A DNA stretch of 64,000 nucleotides from Alphaproteobacteria bacterium (GCA_045632845.1 JAZQXL010000020.1:35386-99385); one strand, 5' to 3'; counted from the first letter of the stretch, positions 19,562 through 27,864 are shown. Numbers and translations are program-made. The notes: generated by a model from the sequence alone, not told the origin.

Positions 19562-19802
19562 AAAAACACCACCTGCAAAGGTGGTTTTTTTGTACTTGAG
19601 CGGGAACAGAACTCACGAAGTGACGTTCGGTGAGCACCGCGAACGACGCCGAAGGCGGTCCTTTAGGACGAGTGTTTTATGCACGAGCAATCTCGCCAAG
19701 TGCGCCAAAAAACACCACCTGCAATGGTGGGCTTTTTTTGTACTTGAGCGGGAGAAAAACTCACGAAGTGACGTTCGGTGAGCCTTGCAAACGACGCCAA
19801 GC
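19543..19802 (+). repeat. Tandem imperfect direct repeat (two ~115-122 bp copies, 19543-19664 and 19689-19802, ~90% identical). Each copy contains the last ~19 nt of tRNA-Arg, the terminator hairpin and ~60 bp of downstream sequence
   Basis: aatctcgccaagtgcgccaaaaaacaccacctgcaa[a/t]ggtgg...gtacttgagcggga...aactcacgaagtgacgttcggtgagc...aacgacgcc occurs twice. Confidence 0.6.
19563..19593 (+). terminator. Intrinsic terminator after tRNA-Arg (CACCACCTGCAAAGGTGG plus T7)
   Basis: hairpin plus T-run. Confidence 0.5.
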
Positions 19803-19968
19803 AAAAAACTTTTAATAAAAATATACACACAGAACGACGTAGTACAACGCGTTTTGTGCACAAAAAAAGATAAAATATTACTATTTGTGATATTTTTTTA
19901 TAAAATCACAAAAAAACACTTGCATTTTATCTCAAAATGGAATATAAATACGATTACCAATTCAATAT

Positions 19969-20043
19969 TGGGCTGTCGCCAAGTGGTAAGGCAACGGTTT
20001 TTGATACCGTCATTCGTTGGTTCGAATCCAGCCAGCCCAGCCA
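19969..20043 (+). tRNA. tRNA-Gln (anticodon TTG), CCA encoded
   Basis: Acceptor TGGGCTG/CAGCCCA, anticodon arm ACGGT-TTTTGAT-ACCGT, T-arm GTTGG-TTCGAAT-CCAGC, then G-CCA. Confidence 0.8.
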
Positions 20044-20049
20044 ATAAAA

Positions 20050-20076
20050 AAGGTCCCGTTTATCGGGACTTTTTTT
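20050..20076 (+). terminator. Intrinsic terminator after tRNA-Gln (GGTCCCG-TTTAT-CGGGACC plus T7)
   Basis: hairpin plus T-run. Confidence 0.5.
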
Positions 20077-20080
20077 ATTG

Positions 20081-20254
20081 GACTGAGGGTGTTTGGGTTC
20101 GGCCCAACGAATAGTTGGTTCGGTCATGTAGCGTCAGCGAAGTGGACGGCGAAGAATGAGCCGGTCCGAACAAAGTGAGGACGAGGGATTTATCCCGAGC
20201 AATCCAGCCAGCTTTAGGTGAAACAGATAAGTCGCTAGAAATAGCGACTTTTTC
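20081..20254 (+). ncRNA. Candidate structured small RNA: GC-rich ~150-nt segment ending in its own intrinsic terminator (GTCGCTAGAAATAGCGAC plus T-run). Identity unknown
   Basis: local GC well above the neighbourhood, no credible ORF, terminator at the 3' end. Confidence 0.25.
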
Positions 20255-20700
20255 TTTTATTTTCACCGCTTAATCTGGTCCGTGTGCTGTGTTTTTCAAA
20301 AAGCCTGTTTTTCAGCCCTACACGGACTCAAAATTCAAAAAATCCTTTGTTTTCAATGCTTCTGTCTTGGAATGTCAATTTTTCATCCCAGAGATAACTA
20401 AATGTATTCAGACTGAGTTTGGATGAGAAAAAGATATTCCTATAACACGCTTATTGCTACTGCCATCTCGGAGTACCTACCTGCCACCTAGAGGACCTTG
20501 GGAGCCCGACCGGCATATCCCAGCCATCAAAATTAAATGCAACATCGTTAATGGAGTGTTTTTTTTGCAAGAGCCTTTACATGCGAGAGCCAATGAGAGT
20601 CTATACTTGTTCAGTATAATTGTTCATTTCAACCTCTGCCTACGCATATACAGAGGTTAAACACAACAAACCTCTGCCAAAAAAGCAGAGCTCAGTACTT

Positions 20701-20771
20701 CGATTAAGTGACATTGATGTCTGTTAATAAAAAAAACAACCTCGATTTAATCAAAACCGAGGTTAAATCAT
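20701..20771. repeat. Left copy of a ~70-bp imperfect direct repeat flanking the R-M cassette; contains the inverted-repeat core TGACA-ttga-TGTCt
   Basis: cgattaagtgacattgatgtctgttaat...aacctcgatttaatcaaaaccgaggttaaat compared with the right copy. Confidence 0.5.
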
Positions 20772-20782
20772 AAAGCAAATAC

Positions 20783-21196
20783 TTACTTTTTTACTTTTTT
20801 TAATTTTCGTATTCCATAAGTTGCATTTAGAAGAACAACATCTAAATCTACTAAACATTTCCTATATTGTTTAATGCCATCATTGAATTTAGGATTTTTT
20901 ATGTAAAGTTCTTCTAAGTAAGATTGAAAAACATCGTATTTTTCTAAATCTTTTTCGTTCAATAAATACATAAATAAAGATTGATTTTTATTAAACCAAT
21001 CAACAATTTTTTGAATACTTTCTTTATCAAACTTATAAATTATACATGCCTCATCCATTTGATGGGCTAAATCAAATCTCTTTAAGCGTAAATCTTGTTT
21101 AAACTGAGCATGAGCAATCCAGCACTGTATCGCAGTAAACAAAACGATAGCAATAGCACACATCCATTCTGCATTCTGTTGTAAAATTTGCAACAC
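20783..21196 (-). CDS. Hypothetical small membrane protein (one N-terminal TM) at the edge of the R-M cassette
   Basis: ORF with TM segment WMCAIAIVLFTAIQCWIAHA. Confidence 0.4.
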   Translation of the reverse strand: MLQILQQNAEWMCAIAIVLFTAIQCWIAHAQFKQDLRLKRFDLAHQMDEACIIYKFDKESIQKIVDWFNKNQSLFMYLLNEKDLEKYDVFQSYLEELYIKNPKFNDGIKQYRKCLVDLDVVLLNATYGIRKLKKVKK

Positions 21197-21243
21197 CTTT
21201 TTCTTTCTCCTATAGGTTAATCACAACATATATAGGTATGCCA

Positions 21244-21564
21244 CTAATATAAATCAATCCCTTTTCCTAATTCTATGTCAAAAACAGTTTGATTTGTGTT
21301 GAGATCATTTTTTGAGTTAGGCTTTAGGATTTTTATTGACTTAATTTCAAATATCATTTTTTCAGGATTTTTTCTATATGCTTTTTGAAATTCAACATAA
21401 GAATATTTATTGGCTACAGACAATCGCTTAATCCAATAGTCTTTACACTCTCGATATTCATGTGTTTTTACACCGGCTTTAATCTTTTCAAACCAGATAT
21501 CTTTCAAAACTAATTTTAAAGTGTTAGACATTATTAAGAACTTTTCTTGAATAGAGTGTCCCAT
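21244..21564 (-). CDS. Small PUA-like (ASCH-type) domain protein, overlapping the 3' end of the methyltransferase gene
   Basis: LKLVLKDIWFEKIKAGVKTHEYRE resembles the ASCH N-terminal beta-barrel signature (W/F-E-x-I-x-x-G-x-K-T-x-E-x-R); weak. Confidence 0.4.
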   Translation of the reverse strand: MGHSIQEKFLIMSNTLKLVLKDIWFEKIKAGVKTHEYRECKDYWIKRLSVANKYSYVEFQKAYRKNPEKMIFEIKSIKILKPNSKNDLNTNQTVFDIELGKGIDLY

Positions 21565-22751
21565 AATTCTGAAATGTGCTTTGCTACGTTATAAGCCAAT
21601 AGAGGTGGAACCGCATTACCTATAATCTTATATGCAGCAGAAGCACTTAATACATTTGGCTTTACAAACTCATATTCATCAGGAAAAGTCTGTATTCTTG
21701 CGCATTCTCTAACAGTTAATCTTCTTTCAGATAGTCCTTTTTTTAACTCTTTTTCATGCTTTCCACCATGATCTTTTGACAATCTTCTGAATTCGATATT
21801 GCCGTGATGTTCTGCACGAATTGTAGGACCTAATCCTTTTAAATTGATTTCAGTATTTCCTTGACCTTTTTGCATATACTTTGCTTTCGAATATGCTTTT
21901 TGAGCAAAATCATCTGACGATGAAGGTTCCGGCAAATCTCTTAATATTTCTTCTACGGATACCAAAGGAAGTAAGTCTTTATTGTCAAACAAAGTGCTTT
22001 TTTGATAAATATTATGTGTAATCGGTGGATATAAATTTATTTCTTTTTTTTCAATCTTCTCAAGAACTCCTGGATTTAAAGCAGCTTTATTTAACCCTAT
22101 AAAAATAATTCTTTCTCGTTTTTGTGGCACACCATATTCGCCAGCATTTAATACTTTTGCAGGGAATACGTAGTAGCCATCCTTATCAATCGACGAAAAA
22201 TCTGATTCTATAATCTTTTTTGCCTCGCCCAAAGAAACCAATCCTTTTACATTTTCTGCAAAAAATATCTTGGGTTTTACGATTTCTATAACTTCTTTCA
22301 TCCACATATATAAACAACCACGATTTTCGTAAGTAGGTATATCGATATCTTTCTTTCCTAAGTGGTTTTTTTGAGAGTTAAATCCATTACGCTTACCTGC
22401 TAAACTAAAATCTTGACAGGGAAAACCTCCCGTGAGAATATCTATATCATTTGGAAACACTCTTTCGCCAGACTTATGTTGTTTAACCAAATCAACGATA
22501 CTTTCTGTTCTATAAGTTGTTTTTTTATCCTTAAAATATAACTTCCATGCAGTAGCAGCTTCTTTTAGTATGTCATTACTAAAAGTAGTGGTAAAACCCG
22601 TTGGAGCTAATAAAACTCTTTTGCCAGATTTCTTTTTTATCCAGTCAGGATGTATTACGGTGTTTACGCTACTTTCATGTACATAGAAATCACCCTCGAA
22701 ACCAATGTCCATACCGCCGCATCCACTGAATAATGATAATACTTTTTTCAT
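21534..22751 (-). CDS. DNA (cytosine-5)-methyltransferase, Dcm family (type II R-M methylase)
   Basis: Motif I FSGCGGMDIGF, motif IV GGFPCQDFSLAG, motif VI FFAENVKGL, motif VIII QKRERIIFIG, motif X GNAVPPLLA; RBS AAGGGAG. Confidence 0.9.
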   Translation of the reverse strand: MKKVLSLFSGCGGMDIGFEGDFYVHESSVNTVIHPDWIKKKSGKRVLLAPTGFTTTFSNDILKEAATAWKLYFKDKKTTYRTESIVDLVKQHKSGERVFPNDIDILTGGFPCQDFSLAGKRNGFNSQKNHLGKKDIDIPTYENRGCLYMWMKEVIEIVKPKIFFAENVKGLVSLGEAKKIIESDFSSIDKDGYYVFPAKVLNAGEYGVPQKRERIIFIGLNKAALNPGVLEKIEKKEINLYPPITHNIYQKSTLFDNKDLLPLVSVEEILRDLPEPSSSDDFAQKAYSKAKYMQKGQGNTEINLKGLGPTIRAEHHGNIEFRRLSKDHGGKHEKELKKGLSERRLTVRECARIQTFPDEYEFVKPNVLSASAAYKIIGNAVPPLLAYNVAKHISELWDTLFKKSS

Positions 22752-22814
22752 TTTACTCCCTTGCTTTATTTAATTCTTCATGCTATACTTAATAACAACT
22801 TTGGAGAATATAAT

Positions 22815-23918
22815 ATGGCAGATATACGCACAAACCTAAGAGAACTTTCAGTTGCGTTTCCGTTTTGTTCAGATATAACGATAGAACAGATTTCCCCTCA
22901 AGCTTTTAAATCTATATGCGAAAACAATATACAAAATTTTAATTCTAATGTAAACAAAATTTCAAAAAATCCCAAAAAATTTTCTTTAGATGAAATAAGT
23001 ATCATAAAAAAAGGCTTTGATCTAGGTCTTTCCTTAAAGAAGATACTCAAACTAGACACTATAGGAAATACAATCGTATGGCTTGGAAATTCAAAAGATG
23101 ATTTAATAGACTTAAAGATAAATGAACATGCGATTTCATTGAAAGAAAAGTCCAACATCCTACGAAACATAGGATTATATCAATTATTAAACTTTACTAC
23201 AAACACAAATAAATTTGAAAGAGGATTAAATATTTTTAAATATTTTGCTCCAGAAGAATTAAATAATTGGTATCACTATGCAATTTTATCTTTAAAAACA
23301 TTAAAAAATTTTTCATATAAAAGCGAAAAAGGATATACATCAACAGCATTCTTTAAAGAAGATTCCTTATTTTTAAGTTTCAACGAAACAGAAGAAATTG
23401 TTAAAAATTCATCTACATCATCTTATTCGGATTTTGAGAAAATAACCTCTGCGACAATAAGAGAAAAAGTTTTTTCAAAATGGTTAAAACAAATTCCAAC
23501 TAAAAGTGATTACTACAAATTTAAAACCATTTGTGCTCAAAAGGCAGGGAATAATCTTTTAAACTTCGTAAAAACAAATTTAGTGGCAACTTCCCCGTCT
23601 GTTCTGAATTTTTTTAATTTAGAAAGTTTTAGCTATATTTATGCAAAAAATGATGGAAAGCAAATAAAAATATTTAAAGTCCCCTCTCTTAATGAAATAG
23701 ATTTTAATGATTATAAAATAGTAAGAGTTGATGTTGATATCCCCAACTCTCAGCTAAATTTTAAAACAACTATACAAAACATCAAAACAGATTCATGCTG
23801 TGTATTGCGTAATGAGATTCGATATTCGCACGGACAGTTAAATGGCACTCCCGAAGCCAAGTTATACTATGACTCTGGTGATGGACTTGAAAAACTAATC
23901 TATAAAAAATTATCCTAA
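22815..23918 (+). CDS. Candidate restriction endonuclease partner (unknown family), divergently transcribed from the C5-MTase with a 63-bp intergenic gap
   Basis: position and divergent orientation only; extremely AT-rich, N/K-rich protein; RBS GGAGAA; no nuclease motif identified. Confidence 0.35.
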   Translation: MADIRTNLRELSVAFPFCSDITIEQISPQAFKSICENNIQNFNSNVNKISKNPKKFSLDEISIIKKGFDLGLSLKKILKLDTIGNTIVWLGNSKDDLIDLKINEHAISLKEKSNILRNIGLYQLLNFTTNTNKFERGLNIFKYFAPEELNNWYHYAILSLKTLKNFSYKSEKGYTSTAFFKEDSLFLSFNETEEIVKNSSTSSYSDFEKITSATIREKVFSKWLKQIPTKSDYYKFKTICAQKAGNNLLNFVKTNLVATSPSVLNFFNLESFSYIYAKNDGKQIKIFKVPSLNEIDFNDYKIVRVDVDIPNSQLNFKTTIQNIKTDSCCVLRNEIRYSHGQLNGTPEAKLYYDSGDGLEKLIYKKLS

Positions 23919-24140
23919 ATTCTTCTGAGTTAACTTTAGAAACGGTGTATTTTCATTTTTCCTGATTTCTATGTACTCAGGTAAGATTTATGTCTAGCCT
24001 TCTTTTTTTAAAAAGACTTCTTGCTCCACATATACAAAGGTTAAAGTAAGAGCCGAGCCCTAAGGGCAGGAAGTTGTGTTTGGCAAATTTTAACCTTTAC
24101 CTACACACATACAAAAGTTCAATGGATAAAACACTCTTTG

Positions 24141-24208
24141 CGATTAACTGACATTGATGTCACTTAATGAAACACAACTTCGGTTTTGATAAAATCGAGG
24201 TTAATTTT
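24141..24208. repeat. Right copy of the ~70-bp imperfect direct repeat flanking the R-M cassette; contains the perfect inverted repeat TGACA-ttga-TGTCA
   Basis: cgattaactgacattgatgtcacttaat...aacttcggttttgataaaatcgaggttaatt. Confidence 0.5.
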
Positions 24209-24279
24209 CTTAGCCTTTCAAAATAATAATAAAAAAATTTTCTAACAACAGTTCAAAAGGAATAAAAAAATTGTTATCC

Positions 24280-25392
24280 TCATTTTTTTGTTAAAAAATT
24301 AACAATCGGCTTATTAAATAGGTGTATAACAACTATTGAAAACAACAAACCAACCCCTAAAACAAAACCAAGTTCAGCAATCCAATCTAAAACAGGTATT
24401 TGAAAATTAAAATTCAGATTATCAGCATAAATATCTATCAAATAAAACTGGAACAAATAAATTCCCCAAGAATACCGTCCAACAATTTGAACAAACTTGT
24501 TGCACAAAAATTGATTTTGAACCAGCATTTGAGAAACAATCAATAATGAAAATATCAATGCCCAAACCGTATGTTTATTAATCAAAAATAAATTGTATGT
24601 ATCGTAAAAATTAAAACACATTAATTCAAAACAAACAATCAACAAAAAATATGAAATTATTTGTTTCCCTGGCACCTTTGAAAGATTTATCTTTTGAAAT
24701 ATATAATATAAAAAAATACCTAAAATCAAAGTTGGAAAATGTTCTATAAAGCAAAAATCAGAGATATAAGAATTATATACCTTCTCATCTAACGAATCAG
24801 AAAAAGGTTTTAATCGAAACAAAAACTCATTAAGATAATAAACCACAGGACTAGACAAAGCAAACAAAAAAAGCGCCTTAAAAACTGAATTAACATATTT
24901 GAATAAAAAAGGAATTAATAATGTAAATATCGCCAATACACCAACAAACCATTCTACATACAAAATACTGTTACTATAACGGGGAAAAAAACCATGAACA
25001 AAAAATAAATGCGTCAAAAAATTCGAAATCGTTATGTTTGTTTCGCTCCCCAACCATATAGATTGTTTCTCATAAAAAAAACCAACACAAACAGCCACAT
25101 AAAATAATGGAATTAAAAAACAAAATCTATTTTTTATCCATTTTAGACAAGAAACAAAAGAATATTGATTTTTTTTAAAATAAAAACTCAAACTATTATA
25201 GGACAAAAATACCGAAATCAAAAAAAACAAAACAACCCCACACCAACCTGCTCTGACAATTCCTAAAAGCAATTGGGGTAAATCTAATTCAGCACCTGTG
25301 TGTACCATAAGAACAAACAGCATTGCATAGCCTTTTAATGCATCTGCCCATATCAATCTTTTTGAATTAAAAGCCGTTATCTCTTTTTCCAT
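24280..25392 (-). CDS. Membrane acyltransferase, family 3 (OafA/O-acetylase-like)
   Basis: ~10 TM segments; N-terminal ADALKGYAMLFVLMVHTG pattern typical of the acyltransferase_3 family. Confidence 0.55.
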   Translation of the reverse strand: MEKEITAFNSKRLIWADALKGYAMLFVLMVHTGAELDLPQLLLGIVRAGWCGVVLFFLISVFLSYNSLSFYFKKNQYSFVSCLKWIKNRFCFLIPLFYVAVCVGFFYEKQSIWLGSETNITISNFLTHLFFVHGFFPRYSNSILYVEWFVGVLAIFTLLIPFLFKYVNSVFKALFLFALSSPVVYYLNEFLFRLKPFSDSLDEKVYNSYISDFCFIEHFPTLILGIFLYYIFQKINLSKVPGKQIISYFLLIVCFELMCFNFYDTYNLFLINKHTVWALIFSLLIVSQMLVQNQFLCNKFVQIVGRYSWGIYLFQFYLIDIYADNLNFNFQIPVLDWIAELGFVLGVGLLFSIVVIHLFNKPIVNFLTKK

Positions 25393-25606
25393 TTATACCC
25401 CATAAAAAACTTAACATATTGTCTTTTAAAATAAATAGTAATTTATGCATCACATTATGTCAATTAAAACAAAGAAATTTATTTTTTTGTTTTAAACAAT
25501 CTATACATCACTCGATTAACCTAACCAACAAAGAATATTCTCTTAAAGATTTTTCACCATCACTCTCATTCTATTTCCTAGATTTAAACATTTTATTGTA
25601 AAAACA

Positions 25607-25635
25607 TTGACAAAATCTCATTCTTATGATAATAT
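25607..25635 (+). promoter_or_regulatory. Near-consensus sigma70 promoter (TTGACA, 17 nt, TAATAT) 28 nt upstream of the 25663 gene, followed by RBS AAAGGAGAGA
   Basis: read directly from the sequence. Confidence 0.4.
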
Positions 25636-25662
25636 ATAAGAAATCAATTCAAAGGAGAGAAA

Positions 25663-27036
25663 ATGAAGAGTCCAGTTTTATACAATTTGTCTGAAATAAA
25701 AGAGCTTTATGATGCCTTTAAAGAATATGTTAGAACAAAAGGATTTTATGAGGAGTGTATGGACTCTTTAAAAAAATACAACACCTCCTTTTTTAAACTG
25801 ATTGTCAAAAGTAATCAGACAAAAAAACTATTCAAGGTAAGAAAAAACGACTTTTTAGGAAAAAGCACCATCGGTGCAAACAATACCCTATCTAAACCAA
25901 CAATTGAAGATGCTCATTTTTATCGTGCTTGGGTTAAAAACAATCCTACTCAAGATTTAATCCCAACAAAAATCACGTTTAAAAAAAGGTACATCAATCT
26001 ACTTGGAAACACGGATCAATCTTTTGATAATGTCCGCATTTTTATATCCCCAAATGCGCTAATTTTGCCCAAAACAGAAGATAAAAGACCACTTAAAGAA
26101 ATACCAACACAAAATCCTCATGCAATTGAAGAATTGGTCTATTTAGCTGAAGCTTATGATGAATTTATTTTTTCATACAAAGGGTCTAAAAATCAGAAAA
26201 ATTTTGATGAATTTTTTAAAAATAACTTTTTAACCAAAGTTATCCCTCCTTATTTTCGCCAATCCATGGCTGAACCAATTATTAAAATTGTTGAACAAAC
26301 AAGACGCTTGTTAACACAAACATTGTTACAAAATTTTGAACCACAAATAACGGCAAGACAAAATTTATTAAACAATACAGATACTCCTGAAGTTTTTCTA
26401 AAAAACAACAGAAATGAAGTTTTTATCCTCTCAGAACAAGTTGGCGTTATTGATAACGCTCAAAAATTAATCAAACTTCATGATTTAAGAGACGACTTGG
26501 CACATCCAGATACAGAAATGGACATTCTTGTTGATGTTCCTGAAAATGTAAATGAAATTTATGAAACTGTTTTTAACATGATTCGTCGCATCACAACAAC
26601 CAAAAATTTAACAGTTCAAAAAGTAACAAACACAAACGATTCAAATGACCTCACTCCTTTTGTTTTGTGGGCACAAGGCCATAAAGTTAAAGATCACATC
26701 CCAGTTATTGAAAAGAACAAAGACATTGAAACGCCAACATTAATTCACACAATGCAATGTTTGGATATGGCTGTCAAAAGCGCTGCGCCAATTAGTTCAA
26801 ACGGAAAACCTTTAAAAGGGAAAAAACAACGCGACTGGCTTATTAAAGAAGGAATAATGGACCAATCTGATCAACAAGATTATGAAGCAGCAAAACATTT
26901 AAGAAATGCTGTATGCCATGGAAATGCAAATACACAAACACATATGGATATCATTGCGAAAAATGAAACATCACAAAAATTAACTCAAAAAATCATCAAC
27001 AATATGACTCAAAAAGGTCTATTGCAAAAATCATAA
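25663..27036 (+). CDS. Hypothetical 457-aa protein with two HEPN-like Rx4H motifs (LRDDLAH near residue 276, HLRNAVCHGN near residue 415)
   Basis: motif-level only; no other recognisable domain. Confidence 0.35.
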   Translation: MKSPVLYNLSEIKELYDAFKEYVRTKGFYEECMDSLKKYNTSFFKLIVKSNQTKKLFKVRKNDFLGKSTIGANNTLSKPTIEDAHFYRAWVKNNPTQDLIPTKITFKKRYINLLGNTDQSFDNVRIFISPNALILPKTEDKRPLKEIPTQNPHAIEELVYLAEAYDEFIFSYKGSKNQKNFDEFFKNNFLTKVIPPYFRQSMAEPIIKIVEQTRRLLTQTLLQNFEPQITARQNLLNNTDTPEVFLKNNRNEVFILSEQVGVIDNAQKLIKLHDLRDDLAHPDTEMDILVDVPENVNEIYETVFNMIRRITTTKNLTVQKVTNTNDSNDLTPFVLWAQGHKVKDHIPVIEKNKDIETPTLIHTMQCLDMAVKSAAPISSNGKPLKGKKQRDWLIKEGIMDQSDQQDYEAAKHLRNAVCHGNANTQTHMDIIAKNETSQKLTQKIINNMTQKGLLQKS

Positions 27037-27189
27037 CACCTCTTGCACAAAAAAAAATACGCATCATCCTGCCAACAAGCGAGGTAAACTCATGCTCATA
27101 TAAACACAAAAAAAACATTGCGTTTAGTATTCAAAACACTCAATATAACATATAGATTATCATTCATATTCATAATAAATGGGGTAATT

Positions 27190-27780
27190 ATGAAAAAAAT
27201 CTTATTTTCCATTTTATTTTCTTGTGTGTTTTTATGCAACACAACTCAAGCTCAAGTCGTTTCTAACGAAGAAATAAACCCAACCAAACTTGAAAACGCA
27301 AAAAAAATTATTTTGCAATTACAAGCGGAAATGAAAGACTATATCTCAAACGGGTCAGGGCCTTTTTTAGCTGCTGTGATTGATGAAAATAGAAAAATCG
27401 TTTCCAAAACCGCCAACAGTGTTGTATCGGAAGGTTGCAGTAATAATCATGCAGAAATGAATGCCATTAAAATGGCTCAAAAAAACTTAGGAACCTATGA
27501 TTTATCAAAACATAACTTAAGCTTATATGTTACGTCTGAACCTTGCATGATGTGTATTGGGGGCATTATGTGGTCAGGCATCAAATCCGTGTATTATGGT
27601 GTTCCTTCAAAACGAGTTGAAGAAATCACAGGTTTTGATGAAGGATTTAAACCAAATTGGTTTGAAGAATTTAAAAACAGAGGAATTGTCGTTTATGGTA
27701 ACATTGAAATAGAAGAAGGTGAAAAAGTACTGCATAATTATGTAGACACGGGCAAAACAGTGTACCAACCAGAACGATAA
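27190..27780 (+). CDS. CDA-fold zinc deaminase resembling guanine deaminase GuaD / TadA, with an N-terminal Sec-type signal peptide (predicted to be exported)
   Basis: MKKILFSILFSCVFLCNTTQA-QV signal peptide; GPFLAAVID, HAEMNAI and EPCMMCIGG zinc-binding motifs parallel to GuaD (GPFGAVIV / HAEVTAI / EPCPMCLGA). The track start at 27118 is a TTG, so it is rejected. Confidence 0.65.
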   Translation: MKKILFSILFSCVFLCNTTQAQVVSNEEINPTKLENAKKIILQLQAEMKDYISNGSGPFLAAVIDENRKIVSKTANSVVSEGCSNNHAEMNAIKMAQKNLGTYDLSKHNLSLYVTSEPCMMCIGGIMWSGIKSVYYGVPSKRVEEITGFDEGFKPNWFEEFKNRGIVVYGNIEIEEGEKVLHNYVDTGKTVYQPER

Positions 27781-27802
27781 TCAAAAAATTATTCATCAAA
27801 AC

Positions 27803-27832
27803 AAAACGCTCCTTAAAAGGAGCGTTTTTTGA
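27803..27832. terminator. Intrinsic terminator (AAAACGCTCCTT-AAAA-GGAGCGTTTT) between the deaminase and the GNAT gene, bidirectional
   Basis: hairpin plus flanking A/T runs. Confidence 0.5.
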
Positions 27833-27864
27833 TTGATAAAAAATAACAGTAAACAGATTAAATT

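Noticed and set aside
19326-19863. Cluster of overlapping 60-150 aa ORFs on both strands across the tRNA-Arg and repeat region; in-frame reads such as ANDAEGG... that superficially resemble a tmRNA tag
   Set aside because: They overlap a tRNA and terminators. The ANDA-like frames lack an LAA-stop ending. The genuine tmRNA tag was found at 7890-7928. These are artefacts of GC-rich structured DNA without stops
20044-20780. Looked for an integrase or recombinase gene next to the tRNAs, as expected for a tRNA-targeted island
   Set aside because: No ORF above 60 aa with tyrosine-recombinase motifs (R..HxxR..Y) on either strand; only short spurious ORFs. Island mobility therefore cannot be asserted
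27118-27189. Upstream extension of the deaminase ORF (track start at 27118)
   Set aside because: That start codon is TTG with no RBS; the ATG at 27190 yields a canonical signal peptide
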